DNA from: Eledone cirrhosa
Lineage: Eukaryota
Assembly: GCA_964016885.1 (NCBI GenBank)
Contig: OZ024743.1
Location: 154,380,001-154,444,000 of the forward strand
Direction: 5' to 3'
Length of the DNA: 64,000 bases
This document shows positions 25,366-38,513 of the stretch, in pieces. A model generated the notes under the pieces. The model worked only from the letters and a program-made list of their open reading frames with translations. It had not been told where the DNA came from and did no database searches. Position 1 is the stretch's first letter. Each line of letters begins with the position of its first letter. A program made the position numbers and the translations under genes.

Positions 25366-28289
25366 CTTGAATCTGAGCCATTGATGTTAGTTAACCGGAA
25401 AGTCCGTTGGAATGAATATCAAGCCACTACCTGCAGCCTCAGATATTCAGGAAGTATCGGAGGGTTCTTGCTGTTCCCAGCAAGCGTGCCTTTTGAAGCG
25501 TTCCAAAAAGCGTGAAGGGGCCGATTTTCTTTAACCATCCCTGGAGAATTTTGGAGATAGTCCCCAGTGCGCCTATGACAATCGGGATCACTTTGACTTC
25601 ATGACAGTTCCAAATCCTTTTTACCTCCCACTTTAAGTGCTGGTATCGGTTAATTTTCTCCCTCTCCTTCTCTTGCACGCTCGTGTCGAATGGGCAGGCC
25701 ACATCCACAATCAGACACGATCTTTTTTCTTTGTCCACAACCACCAGGTCAGGTCTATTGTGTTCCAGTTTCTTGTCCGTCTGTAATCTAAAATCCCACA
25801 GCACCTTCACCTGATCGTTCTCCATCACCGTCTCTGGCTTATGCTCATACCATTTCTCAGAATGTGGTAAACTCATTACGTTGCACAGGTGCCAGTGGAT
25901 CTCCCTGCCCATCACATCATGTCTCCAGCCCTTATAGTGGTTCTGGGCTAGATGTTTACACTCGGATACAATGTGAGCCACAGTCTCCTCTCTCTCTCCA
26001 CAGATCCTGCACAGTGGGCTAGCCTCCTCCTTGTAAATATGGTGTTTCAACCACTTCGTTTTGAGGGCCTGCTCCTGCGCAGCCATTAACATTCCTTCTG
26101 TAGCCTTTTTGAGATCTCCTCTTCTCAACCAGTTCCATGTCTGTGGATCTCTAAATTCAGTTTTCTCAAAGAAGGTACTATGAAGAGATTTTTCATGAAG
26201 GCTGCTCTTTCTCCATGTTGTTATTTCCTCCTTGGACATCCCCTGGCCTATTGTCCCCTCCTTCAGTACAGTTCTGAGCATTTGCTCCTTACTATCAGTC
26301 ACGTATTTGTGTAGGTTGTTTTTCTCCATCTGAACACAGTCCTCTATGCTGATAAGACCTCTTCCACCCTCATATCTCCTTAGGTAGAGTCTATCGACAT
26401 CACTCCTCTTGTGGAACATGTTGTAGATAGTCAATAGCTTCCTCGTCTTCCTATGCATTTCTCTTTGTTCAGCAACATTCCATCTCAGAATTCCCGCACT
26501 GTACCTAATAATAGACACAGCTCGGGAATTTACTGCACTTATGGCATTCCTTCAGTTCAGATGTGACTTTAATACGCTCCTTACTCTCCGAATGTATTCA
26601 GTTCTTATCAATTCCTTCATTTTTTGTTCTTGATGTCATCAGCCTCCAGAACGCCCAAATACGTGTATCCTTCTTCAGAGTCAATTTCCTTTATCATCTC
26701 ACCTGTTGGTACCTGGATTCCGTTACTTCTTCTCAACTTACCCCTCTTCATCACAATGACTCCACACTCACTAATACCAAATTACATGCATATATCATTG
26801 CTAAAAATACGGACAGTGTCAACAAGCACATCCAACTCCTTCTCACTTTTCCCGAAGAGCTTAAGATCGTCCATGAAGAGGAGATGATCGATGGTAAGCC
26901 CTCCCTTTCCCAACTTATATCCTGCTCTCACTTTTCGCAGTACACTGGTCAGGGGCATCAGAGCAAGGACAAACAACAGAGGGGACAGGCTATCTCCCTG
27001 GAAGATACCTGTTTGATCTTCACGCTTCCCAAGGATACTCCAGTTGATGTCAGCTGTGTTTCCCAGGACCTCATACTCCTGTCCAGCAACTGTCTGATGT
27101 TATCTGCCACCTTGAAGATCTCCAGGCTTTTGCTGATCCAAGAATGAGGCACCATGTCAAATGCCTTTCTGTAGTCTATCCATCCCATGGCAAGATCAGT
27201 GTGTCTCCTCCTGCAATTCCCCATTACCATCTTATCAATAAGTAACTGGTCCTTTGTACCACGTGACTTCTTTCGGCATCCTTTCTGTTCGTCCGGTAAC
27301 AAATTGTTTGTGTGGAGGTGATGGTAGATTTCCTCAGCCACAATGCTCGTCAACAGTTTCCACATTATGGACAGACATGTGATAGGTCTATACTTGGTAA
27401 CATCATTACCCTTGATTCGGTCTTTCATTATCAGAACTGTGGTACCTTTTGTCAACCACTCTGGCACCTCACCCGACACCAAGCAGTCATTGAACATGGC
27501 CGTCAGCTTCGGGTGGAGGGATGTTAAATTTTTAATCCAATACCCCTGCACACCATCTGGGCCTGGTGATTTCCAGTTGGTTAGTTTTTTGGCCTGTCCC
27601 TTAAGAGTTTCAACTGTGATACTCAAATCAGTTTGTTGGTGTGACTGCTCACCGATCTCCCTCTGTACTGTCTCAATCCACTCTGCCTGGACATTATGTC
27701 TAACATCCTGCTCCCATATTCCTCTCCAGAATGTTTTAGTTTGCTCCGCCCCAGGGATCAAGTCGTTGCCTCTTTCTTTCCCCTCAAGCTGTCCAAACAC
27801 CATCTTCTGGTTGTTGTCGAACATGCGGTTCTGTTTATACTGACTGACTCTGTTCTCGTATCGCCTGATTTTTGCACTCTTTGCTACAATGAGTTGCTTC
27901 AGTTCCTCTATGATAATATTTAGCTTTTTCCTCCTAGTTTTGTACTTTATTTCCAGTCTATTTTTAGTGCCTATGTTTTTTAGTGTCCCATTCAGTAGTG
28001 ACTCAAGCTTTCCTATGTCATTTCTCATTTCCCCGATTTGACCACTCAGTCGTTTCTTCCACCAAGGCTCTGCTCTTTCTTGTCTGTTGTTTCCCCTCGC
28101 TTTTATACCAAGTAGTTTCCTCACCTTATTTGCTGTTGCCTTGAGGATATTGTTGCACTGGTGAAGGCTCCTCGCCTCAAGGTATGGGATGACTTTGTTT
28201 ACCTTAGCTGTTGTTTCTCTTAACTTTTTCCTGTCTACAAATCTTAGGTTCATAGGTCTCCCCCTATCATTGTTCAATTCATCTACCAT
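25366..28289 (-). mobile_element. R4/Dong-like family A, 5'-truncated long copy (RT, CCHC, RLE; frameshifted)
   Basis: WKSPGPDGVQGYW, YRPITCL, WIDYRKAFD, HLLFMDDLKL, CRICGEREETVAHIVSEC, RPDLVV..VDVACP; bounded by (TTA)n. Confidence 0.93.
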
Positions 28290-28307
28290 TATTATTATTA
28301 TTATTAT

Positions 28308-29194
28308 TCCACCTCGGCGTTCTACAGAGGATTAGTGGAGGGGAAGAGCGACGACGTACTTGGGGAAACTCTAGGCGTCGACGAAAATCAACTAGCCAAT
28401 CTCTTCGGAAGAACTTTCGGGCCGGGGCCTAAGGACAACTTCCAGAAATCTCTGGCCTGGCAGTGCTACCGAGGAGCCTTGCCAGTTCGGGATAAACTCT
28501 ACAGGCATGGAGGTGCCGTCAGCCGGGCATGTCCGAGATGCGCGCAGGGCGACGAAACCGTCCTGCACGCACTCGTCCAGTGTCCGAAAATTGCTGACTT
28601 GTGGGTTTATGTCGAACACCTGCTGTCGCGTTTAGGACGGATCCGGCTATCATCTGAGTCCATCGTGAGCATTGCCCCGCCCTCCTTCTTTAGCCGGGAA
28701 GGGCAGGCAATTTTTATCTGTCTGGTGGCCATGGCGAAAGAGATAGTATGGTGGATACGTTTGAAAGGGCTGAAGACGAGCACTTACCTCTTCGGTGATT
28801 CTCTGATTGACTTTTTCAAATTTCATTTGAAAAGGAAAATCAGAGTAGAGAGGGAAGTGTTCTCTTCCCAGCATTTTGTTGAAAGATGGCTGAGAGAAGC
28901 AAGAATGGCCCGAGTGAATGGGCCTACTCTGAGCATATATCTGTAAATTAAAGGTGGACAACTGGGAGAGGGCACTTGCCTTGGTGGTCAGGGTCATTGT
29001 GGATTTTTACTGGGCTTTCTCCACAAATGTCCCTCCGAAGTCTCCCCCCTATTGGGGAATTTTTCATTGTTATTTTTTGTTACATCCTCTGTTTTTGTTT
29101 TTTACACGCAGAAATGCCCAATTGTACCGTCCTGCATTGTCCTGCACTGTCCTTAATGTCTACTTTATGTAAACCCTTGTGGTTAATAAAGAAA
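28308..29194 (+). mobile_element. Tx1/L1-clade element 3' fragment (ORF2 C-terminal CCHC and 3' UTR)
   Basis: WQCYRGALPV..CPRC..DETVLHALVQCP; aataaa near 29185; (TTA)n on both sides. Confidence 0.85.
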
Positions 29195-29259
<65 letters not shown>

Positions 29260-29269
29260 GTTATTACTC

Positions 29270-29514
29270 TTTGAGTCTCAGTCATTGATGTTAGTTAACT
29301 GGAAAGTTTGTTGAGATGAATATCAAGCCACTACCTGCAGCCTCAGATATTCAGGACGTATTGGAGGGTTCTTGCTGTTCCCAGTAAGCAGGCCTTTTGA
29401 AGCGTTCCAAAAAGGGTGAAGGGGCCAATTTTCTTTAACCATCACTGGAAACCTTTTGAGATAGTCCCTAGTGCGCCTATGACAATCGGGATCACTTTGA
29501 CTTCATGACAGTTC

Positions 29515-29515
<1 letters not shown>
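29270..29515 (-). mobile_element. R4/Dong-like family A, 3'-terminal fragment
   Basis: Matches 19582-19833; between (TTA)n arrays. Confidence 0.9.
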
Positions 29516-29548
<33 letters not shown>

Positions 29549-30144
29549 GAATACCATGGTTGACGGTGGCTCGGCTCTGTAAGGTATAGTAATTTTTAAC
29601 CGCAATAACAATTGTAAATTGTTTAAAACTTTAACCAAATTGTAGACAAAAACACCCTCCTCCTCGTGAGAGGGGTCTTTCTGCCCGTTATTTGGCCCTT
29701 CGGGGTTATATAACCGCTTATTGGAGTTTTGTGCCCAATATTTATTTTAAACCACAAAAAAACATGGCTACAATAAAGAATTTTCACAAGTCACGCCCAC
29801 TCATTCCGTATTCTTCCTCCTCAATCGTCACTACATCAGAGAGAAGATTGTCTCTATCCCTCCCTTCTCTTTCGCAAGTGACGCCAGTAAATAAAAATAA
29901 AAATATAGTTTCTGATAGTTTTCAAGAGCACATGCAAAACGTGGAACATGTCTCCACGACGACGACAACGACGAAAAATGTCTGCCGTAAATACGGAAAG
30001 CCATTTCATTCGTCTGACGTCATGAATAATAGCAGTAGCAGCCGTAATAACAGAAGCAGCAGCAACAGTGACAAAGAAAAACATCAGTAGCAGCCGCAAC
30101 AGCATCAGCAGCTGCTTAAACAACAACAGCATTAGCAGCAACAG

Positions 30145-30176
<32 letters not shown>

Positions 30177-30248
30177 ACAACCACAGCAACAGCGGCCGCG
30201 GCAGTCGTAGTACCAGCAGTAACGACAAAGGTAACAGCAGCTCTGTAG

Positions 30249-30279
<31 letters not shown>

Positions 30280-33200
30280 AGAAAAATCAATCTCGTTTGC
30301 AGGTATCGCAAAGAACCTGGAAACCATCCTTATAACAAATGAGGAATTACAGGAAGCAAACAAGATGGTGACGAAAACAGAACACCTAACAATCTGCAAG
30401 GCAGCCGAACATTTTTTCGAAACCCAACAGCACGGTACGGTCACGTACTTTACAGTAAGCACAACATCCCGTAGGGTTGAAAGAGCCACGGATGCTCAAA
30501 TACAAAAAGCCTTAGGGTCTGTGTGGCAGCGGAAAACGCATATCACCCGAGGCAAGAAATATGCCACCGTGGACGTGGTTTTTGCCACACCCCAGGAGGC
30601 AAAGGCTCAATCCTTAGTGACCCTAAGGAGCGAGGACATGGTGTTGGTGCCCTCCTGTGTGGACAAAAAAATGTGAGGGTCAAGCTGACCCCCCCGGGAT
30701 GGCGCCTTCTTGGCTGGCCGCGTCTGTCCTCGTCTGAATCGAGGACAAAACAACTACTGCAAGTACAGAAATAAGTACGAGAACATTGGGTCGGCACCTC
30801 CATTGAGATGTAAATCCAAACCAACCAGGAGTGCATCGAAACTATGCCTGATGTGATAGACTTCGATAACGGCACTCAACTGCTCATAAGTGTTGAGGGC
30901 AAACGCCCGAAATGCTTTCGCTGTGGATCGAAGACTCACCTCAGGGCCTTCTGCAATGAGAAGACCCTGAGAAAGGAGTAAAACCCCCCTCCTTCCGAAA
31001 CCGGCTCCACTGCTACCAGCAACAGGACAGGCGGTAACCAGGAAGGATAGGTCCGTTGCAGACATACCCACGCCACGGAAATCAAGAACAGCAACAGCAG
31101 TGGAAGTATTAACAGCAACAGCAACACTAACTGCAGCTGCAACAGAGACTCCACTGCAAACATCACCAACAACAGCAAATGAAAGCGTGGAGCTGGTACC
31201 CCTCCCTGACCTCACAGAATCGGACATGGAGTGTGAGGTGGGAGAGGCATGGCAAAAGGTCGCAAGAAGGCACAAACGCAGAAGCAGCGCATCGTCGCCT
31301 TCGAAAATGAAGGAAAGAAATGAAAAAAGGGTAAAGGCTAATGCAAAGAGACTTACAGCAGCAACACCACCAACACCATCACCACACACACTAGCACCAC
31401 CATCACCACCGGCGGCAACCCCACCGCAAACAACAGCAACACCTTCAACCTAACTACCACAAGCACCAACAACAAAACACACACACCCAGCAACAACGAC
31501 AAGAAAATAGCAGAAACACCCCCCACCCCCAGATAAACAATGCACAGCAATAAATACACACAACAAGAAACTAATGACTTGCATAATTGAACACACAGAC
31601 ATTTCACAGCACGACTACATAATACCAGCACCAATCAAAACACCAACGAACATAAGACTGGTAAGAATAGCACAGAAGCAATACACTAACATCAAAACGA
31701 AATTCCCCAAGGCAGTTGGTGATTTCAGAGACCTAGGAGGGACACTCGGATATACTCACAGAAGAGCCGACGACCAGCCGAAGGGACGATTCAACGGTCC
31801 CTTAAAAAGACGATCAAGTGAAAAGGGATGGAGAAACCATCCTTTCTCTACGAAAAGTGAGGTAAGTGATCTTTCCCATGTTTTCCATTCTATTTCAACA
31901 TGACTTAAATCAGAATAGGCAGCATAAATGCGCGTGGCTTGGGGTCGTCATGGAAGCAGGGCCACCTGCCCAACGATCTCAGGTCACTAAACATAGATGT
32001 AGTGGCCATCAGCGAGACCAGAATCTCCGAAGCACGGGCCTTCGCACCGATCTTCGGCGGCTACGATGTGTACGCATCTCCCAGCCGTCCTGGATCGGGG
32101 AGAGGAGTTGCTGTGCTTTTTCGTAGAGGTTTGGATCTCGCCATACGGGCCATCTTCCTGGACCCAGAGGGTACGTTGGAGATGCAGGACGTTACCAGCG
32201 GAGGCGGGCAAACTTTCAGGCTAGTGTCCGTCTATGCCACGACAGGAGTAGGGCGGCCTGATTTCTTCCGGCGTCAGGAGACCTTTCTTGGAACGTCCCG
32301 CTCTTTAATGTTAGTGGGCGACTGGAACGGGATCTTAGATGCACGCTGGGACTGTGTGGGATTAGCGGATAGGGGAGGAGGGTGAAAGAGCCTCATCAAC
32401 CTGCTCAGGCGTTTTGAACTCTCTGACAGGTACCGATTGGATTTCCCGAATGTGCCAATGTGGTCTTGGGAAAATCGCATAGGGTCATCCAGATCATATC
32501 TTGATAGAGTATTTTGTAGGAAAATAGATAGGTCTAGCATAGGCTGTCCACAATTCAAGATAGTCAGCTACATGGACCACAAATTCGTGATCTGTGTGCT
32601 TGAATTAGATAGGATTCATAGACGAGGACCCGGCTACTGGAGGCTAAACGCATCCTTACCAGCGAGCAAGGCCTACAGAGACCGGATAGGCGAACTAGTT
32701 AAGCGGGCGTTGACGGGGGCCATCGTCAACTACAAGTGGTGGTTTGCTCTGAAAAGAGCGATTAGAATAGAGTCCATTAGATTAGAGTCCATTTAGTAAG
32801 CATTTAGCAATAGATGAAAATAGAGCAGAGGGAGAACTAGTTAGAAAATTAAACGAGGCGCTTAGCAAAGGCATCGCGACCGACGTACTTGCGGCGAAAT
32901 TGGCCCTTGACCAATTCTTCAATGCAAAGCACGAAGGCTGCGTTGTCAGAGCTAGGGTACGTGCTCTGAGACGCGAGGGGACGAAAACCGTTCAATGGGC
33001 TCGAGTGGCGGAGGCGCGTCGTGGAAACAAAGCCACGATCCGGTCTTTGGTGGACCACGACGGGTGCATGCTACTCGATTCCGGGCAAATGTGTGAAGCT
33101 TTTCAGCGACACTTCGCTCAGCTGTTCGGGGGCAGCGGTGGGCCGGTTCGAAGGAAAGACTTTAGTATCTACCTCGACGGACTGCCGCGGCTCTCGGTCA

Positions 33201-34757
33201 CTGAGGCGGTGTGTTCGAAAAGCCGATAACAGCCGCTGAAGTACGGGAGGCAATGACTGGCTGCACAAAGGGTAAATTGCCTGGTTTGGATGGTCTGACC
33301 TATGAGCTTTACGTACAAATGCCAGACTGGTTCGGAGGACTCTTGGCGGATGTCTACTGCAACTGGCAACAGAACAGGCTAATTCCCAGCTCTGTGAGCC
33401 GAGGATCTGTGGCGCTGCTGAGAAAAGATCCGAACAAGGGGGATAACATAGATAATTTTAGAGACATAACTCTGCTAAACACAGAGTTCAAGATTTTGGT
33501 ACTAGCAAAGACGTTGGCGCTTGTCGTTGGTGGTTTGGTGGGAGAGGCACAGACATGTGCCATTCCCGACAGATCCATCCACGACAACGTCCACCTCATG
33601 CGATACATCGTAGAGAGGGTAGCTAGGGAACATGGCACGGGTGGGTCCTTGATCTATTTAGGTCAGTAGAAAGCTTTCGATAGGGTCGACCATCGTTACC
33701 TAGCGGCAATCCTGAGGGCGGCTGGCTTTGAAACCGTCTTCAGAGGCTGGATCGCTGCCATGCACAGCGACATCTGCTTTGTGGTGAGAGTGAACGGTCC
33801 CTTTCGGAACCGTTCAACATCATGCGCTAGGTCCGCCAAGGATGTCCTCTCTCGTCCGTCTTGTACGTATTGACTCTCGAGCCATTACTGCACAAACTGG
33901 AAACGTTGAGGGCGATCCCGCGTGAACTAGGATGCGGAAGATCCGTGTCAGCATATGCGGCCGATGTCACCGTAGTGGTATCGAACGCCAAACACATCAA
34001 GGCGATCGGCACTACACTAAGAGAATATGAAGCGGTGACAGGAGCAATGATCAACCAGGAAAAGTCAGTGGGCCTGCAGCTCCGCACCTGGAGAGGCAGC
34101 TTCATGCCGTCCAACAGCGTCGTCGGGCGCTGGACGGACTGACAGGTTAAATTGCTCGGCGCCTGGTTCGGTTCGGATCTCCAGACGGAGAAAAACTGGG
34201 ACGAGGTGACGAGCAGGGTGGCTTCTTTTACCCAGAAATGGGTCGAGAGGAAGGTATCCCTGAAATGTCGAGCGGAGGTGGCTAACGCGTGTATCGCGTC
34301 CGTCATCTACTACCGCTTACCGTCGTACTTTGTCCTAAGCCCCGCCTGACTGCGCTGGAGCGTTTGCTCTTTCGCTTTTTGTGGAAGGAATGCGCTCCGA
34401 TGGTCAGGAGGTCCATCTGCTGTCAACACCCGCTACGTGTCGGTTGGGAATGCCGTGGTGATGATGCGCAGACACGCGCTCAGGCTACGACATCTCCACC
34501 TCTTCCTCGACGGTGATCAGGTGTGGTCGCCATTTGCTAGACGTGTTTTTCCCCAGCTCGTCTCCTTGACGGAGCTGCAGTCCTGGGTCAAACGAAGACC
34601 GAGAGGGAGCGCTTGGCGACTGGAATGTCTTCAGGCGCTCACAGCCCTCGACCAATCGGGCAATGTGATCGGTGGAAACTCCACCTTGGCGTTCTATAGA
34701 GGATTAGTGGAGGGGAAGAGAGCCGACTTACTTGGGGAAACTCTAGGCGTCGACGGA
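29549..34757 (+). mobile_element. Tx1/L1-clade non-LTR element (ORF1 and ORF2 APE-RT), disrupted and 3'-truncated
   Basis: ORF1 zinc knuckle CFRCGSKTHLRAFC (~30913-30955); APE motifs VVAISETR, LVGDWN, SYLDRVF, DHK, GYWRLN; RT motifs PGLDGL, RDITLLNTEFKI, KAFDRVDH, RQGCPLS, AYAADV. Confidence 0.92.
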
Positions 34758-35443
34758 AAATACGGAAAAGGTAACGTTTCGGATAATCGTTCTTCATCAA
34801 TAACTAGAAAAAAGTAAATGATTTTTTTAATAAAACGTATTGATTATAACAAAATCCAACATGATAAATAAAACAATGTTTACCCATAAATGGAGATAAA
34901 CAGGAACAACGTCGATAGTTTTAGATTAGGAGTTCGAGGGTATGTTATGTGTAGATGTATGTAACAATATACCCGTGTGTAATTGAGTATATTTCAACAT
35001 TTTTTAGTGATTTTATGTGGATGATGTTTGATAGAATATAGCATTTTACTGGGTGGATGGTGTGAACAATGGATATTTGGTTGTACGGAACATGGGCTGT
35101 GACTTGCAAACACGAAGTTATATTGCACGTGAGGGCCTTTTACGGAGGGCATCAGTTAACTGAAATAAAATGTGTTATTAGTGGAAAGTCATGCGATTAT
35201 TAATATCAGTTAAGCTGGGTGTATTGACATCGAATCGTTAAGGAAAATACCACTGACGATAAGTTACAGGTAGAAGTGACCACGAAAATTGTTGTTACGT
35301 GCTACAGGTTGCAGTGATCTTGTCTTGTCGTGCTGATCATCCATTAAACGAGGTCAATGTTGAAATTACAGGTTTGTGTGATTGTGACATGGCAGTTGAA
35401 GAGAAGACAACTGTTGGTGGTATGGAGGACACGGGACAGAGGG

Positions 35444-35760
35444 TTCTTCTTCTTCTTCTTCTTCTTCTTCTTCTTCTTCTTCTTCTTCTTCTTCTTCTTC
35501 TTCTTCTTCTTCTTCTTCTTCTTCTTCTTCTTCTTCTTCTTCTTCTTCTTCTTCTTCTTCTTCATCTTCTTCGCCCACTTTCTCCTGCGAATATCGTGGG
35601 ACCGAGTCCTCAAACATTCCTTCGATTGTATCCTGTCAGAAGCAATCCTCCCCAATTGATCCAGTTGGATACCCATGCGAAACCAACCACGCTCATGGAT
35701 GTTATCCAACTATCTTGTTCGGGATCTATACCTGGGTCTCCTTCTGGTTGGTTTTGAACG
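35444..35760 (-). mobile_element. RTE-like 3' end with long (GAA)n tail
   Basis: GRSRTR.LDNI..RIASDR-like C-terminus running into (TTC)n at 35444-35571. Confidence 0.65.
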
Positions 35761-36069
35761 TACCAATAAGAATAATATTAATTGGTGGCTGATTGGTCCC
35801 TCTGAAAATGTCTCGTTACATTATGAGTTGATCAATATATCGTAACTATATGTATGTGTTAGCTAAACAGTATTATTGTTAGTAATGGCAAATTTATAAA
35901 AAGAATATGCACATGCTAATCGTTGTTCAGTTTATTTTATGTTGATAAACGTTTACATTTTATAAATATAATTCATTGTTTATTTACCATTAGAATATAC
36001 AGATTAATAGAAGGTAAAAGTATATTTTTCATACATATATACATTTAACTAATATAATCTCTTGTGACG

Positions 36070-36830
36070 CCAAACTCCACCAGTAGCAGACTGCGCATCA
36101 ACATGTGATATCTCTCTCCACAAAATTCGATCACCAGCAGCAGAGTTCAAAGAACAATGATCAAGTGCAGTCCATAATTTGACATTATCAAGCCATCGAT
36201 TTGGCTTCCGGCCTCTGCTTCACTTACCAGCCAACCTTCCTTCCCGGCATAATCTACTCACACCAAGTGTTAATCAGTTTATATGGTAGTATATGTTGAG
36301 CAAACTTAACCTGGCAATTGATGTAATTGGTCTAAGTTCGGTAATGTTGAGCAGCTCACTGCTACAGATACGGTCGCTGAGCCGCTTTCCAGTCATAACA
36401 CTTTCTGAATGTACTGACCAAACATTCGCTCGAGGCTGGCTTACACATCAACATGTCCAAAACAAAATGTATGAAATCAAATATAAATAATGCCAATCTC
36501 CAACACACAATCTACAACCAGCACATTGCTCAAGTTATGGAGTTTGTATATCTCGGTCACAAAGCATCAAACAACAATGGAATGGTTGCTGCACACTATC
36601 GAATCGCTCTAGGTTGGGCAGCTTTCGACAAGAACAAGGAAGTACTAACATCAAAATGAGTTTCCTATCATTTGAACGCTAAGTTATTTCATACTTACGT
36701 CCTACCAGTTGTGTTATATGGTCTTGACTGTTTGAATTGGACGACAAAGTCACTTCAGTAACTATCTACATTCCAGAACCACATCATGAGACTTATGATT
36801 GATATCATACACAGTGGCAAACAAAGATAA
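36070..36830. mobile_element. Two degenerate RTE-like fragments in opposite orientation
   Basis: Minus 36070-36420: EGRLAGK*SRGRKPNRWLDNV; plus 36430-36830: EFVYLG..RIALGWAAF..YVLPVVLYG. Confidence 0.65.
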
Positions 36831-37747
36831 TCAAAACTGTAGGTCATATGACGGGTAACAGTCAAATGAATTGAATTTTATCGCTACTATATTATTGAAT
36901 CTTCATCGGGGTATTGGAAAGTCAATTAAAGAAGGATTAAAATTAGAAAGACGAAATGGAGGAATGGTATTTAAAGTTTTGCTTACTCAATCAATATACA
37001 TTATGACAGAATATCCATTCGTCGACGCGTCATTAAACAGGATAACCTTAGAAATTTAATGTTTGATAAGTCGATGTATATTACGATACTCTACGATAAT
37101 GATAAATGTGGAACGATATAAAATATGCATAAACCAATCAAGGCTTTAAAACCAAGCTTAAGTCGTTTCCACACAACGTAGCCATATTAATATTTGGTTC
37201 TTTCAATGTAAATGTCCCTGTATCGGCATTGAAGCACATAAAGTCATTTGCTTCATCAACTTCAACGATAAAAGACAAATATAATATAAGAAAATGGCAG
37301 CAGGCTCTAAATTTCATTGTTATGATCATATACTATGATCATTCTGGTGAAAAGGGAGCACAATGATTGATGGGCAAAGAACAACAATAAAATGTTTCTC
37401 TAAATTTTGTTTTGGCATAAAACTGTTTGAGTAACATAATGTTATAAAATCAACTCTATCTGATTAATGTCAGGGACGTAAAAGCTTTCCTGCTTGATAG
37501 TTTTATATAATATAGATTGGCTAAAGACTACATCTTTCAGTTGGAATGGGTGTGTGTATAAACACTGCTGCTTCTCGATAATGTCAAAGTTGCTACGTAC
37601 AATGCTTGTGGCTGACAACGCTTGCTTTCTTTAACATTTTCATTATGTCAAAGATTTCATGTCTATCCACACAAGGTGATCAAATTTGCTCTCTCTTTCT
37701 CTCTCACCATGTCTCTCTCTTACACACACACACACACACACTCTCTC

Positions 37748-37783
<36 letters not shown>

Positions 37784-37934
37784 GCTACATAATTTCTTTA
37801 ATTTCTTTAGTCAAAATACGGCGATAGCTTACATTTCTAATAATTTCAAACCCACTCACTGTTTCGAAAATATTCTTACTTGACATTACAGTCGCTAAGT
37901 TTATAGCTTCTAATTTGAATGGGAAGAGACGGGT

Positions 37935-38006
37935 GATGTGTTTGTGTAAATGGTAGCACAGTGGTCCGGATAACCAAATATGTGGGTTCGATTCCCATGT
38001 ACGTCA
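37935..38006 (+). tRNA. tRNA-like cloverleaf (pseudo-tRNA or SINE head) inside a 53-bp direct repeat
   Basis: Acceptor gatgtgt/gtacgtc (wobbles), D arm tgtg/caca, anticodon arm tggt-ccggata-acca, T arm gtggg-TTCGATT-cccat; position 33 is C rather than U. Confidence 0.6.
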
Positions 38007-38113
38007 ATACTCATCTTTTTCCATTTCTCCGAGGGTTCTTAACCCCACTATCAAGCTAAATCATTTCTTTAATTTCTTTAGTCAAAATACGGCGATAGCT
38101 TACATTTCTAATA

Positions 38114-38156
<43 letters not shown>

Positions 38157-38457
38157 CGTGCCTGTGTGTATGTTTGTACGTGTGAGTATGCCTTTGTGAA
38201 TATAAAGTGTAATCCTTTTAGGACTTACAACTGTTTATTGTATCGATTGGACGAACAATACATCTCTCCATGGAGAGGGCACTATCGCACACATGTTTCT
38301 CTGAAATTCAACTTCCTGCATCAAACATTCGCAAGTAATATAAAATGTCTTGTGTGTAAACACAACGCTAACATCAATCAGATTTGAAATAATGCCATAT
38401 GAGAGGTTATGCACACTGTTGTTGACAGAAAGATAGTTGCATATGTTCTTGTGCAAT

Positions 38458-38509
<52 letters not shown>

Positions 38510-38513
38510 CATA

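Noticed and set aside
34768-35440. Minus-strand TTGATGA..tcc-GAAAC-GTT with a faint GIY-YIG-like trace upstream
   Set aside because: Suggestive of an ancient PLE, but the motifs are too decayed to support
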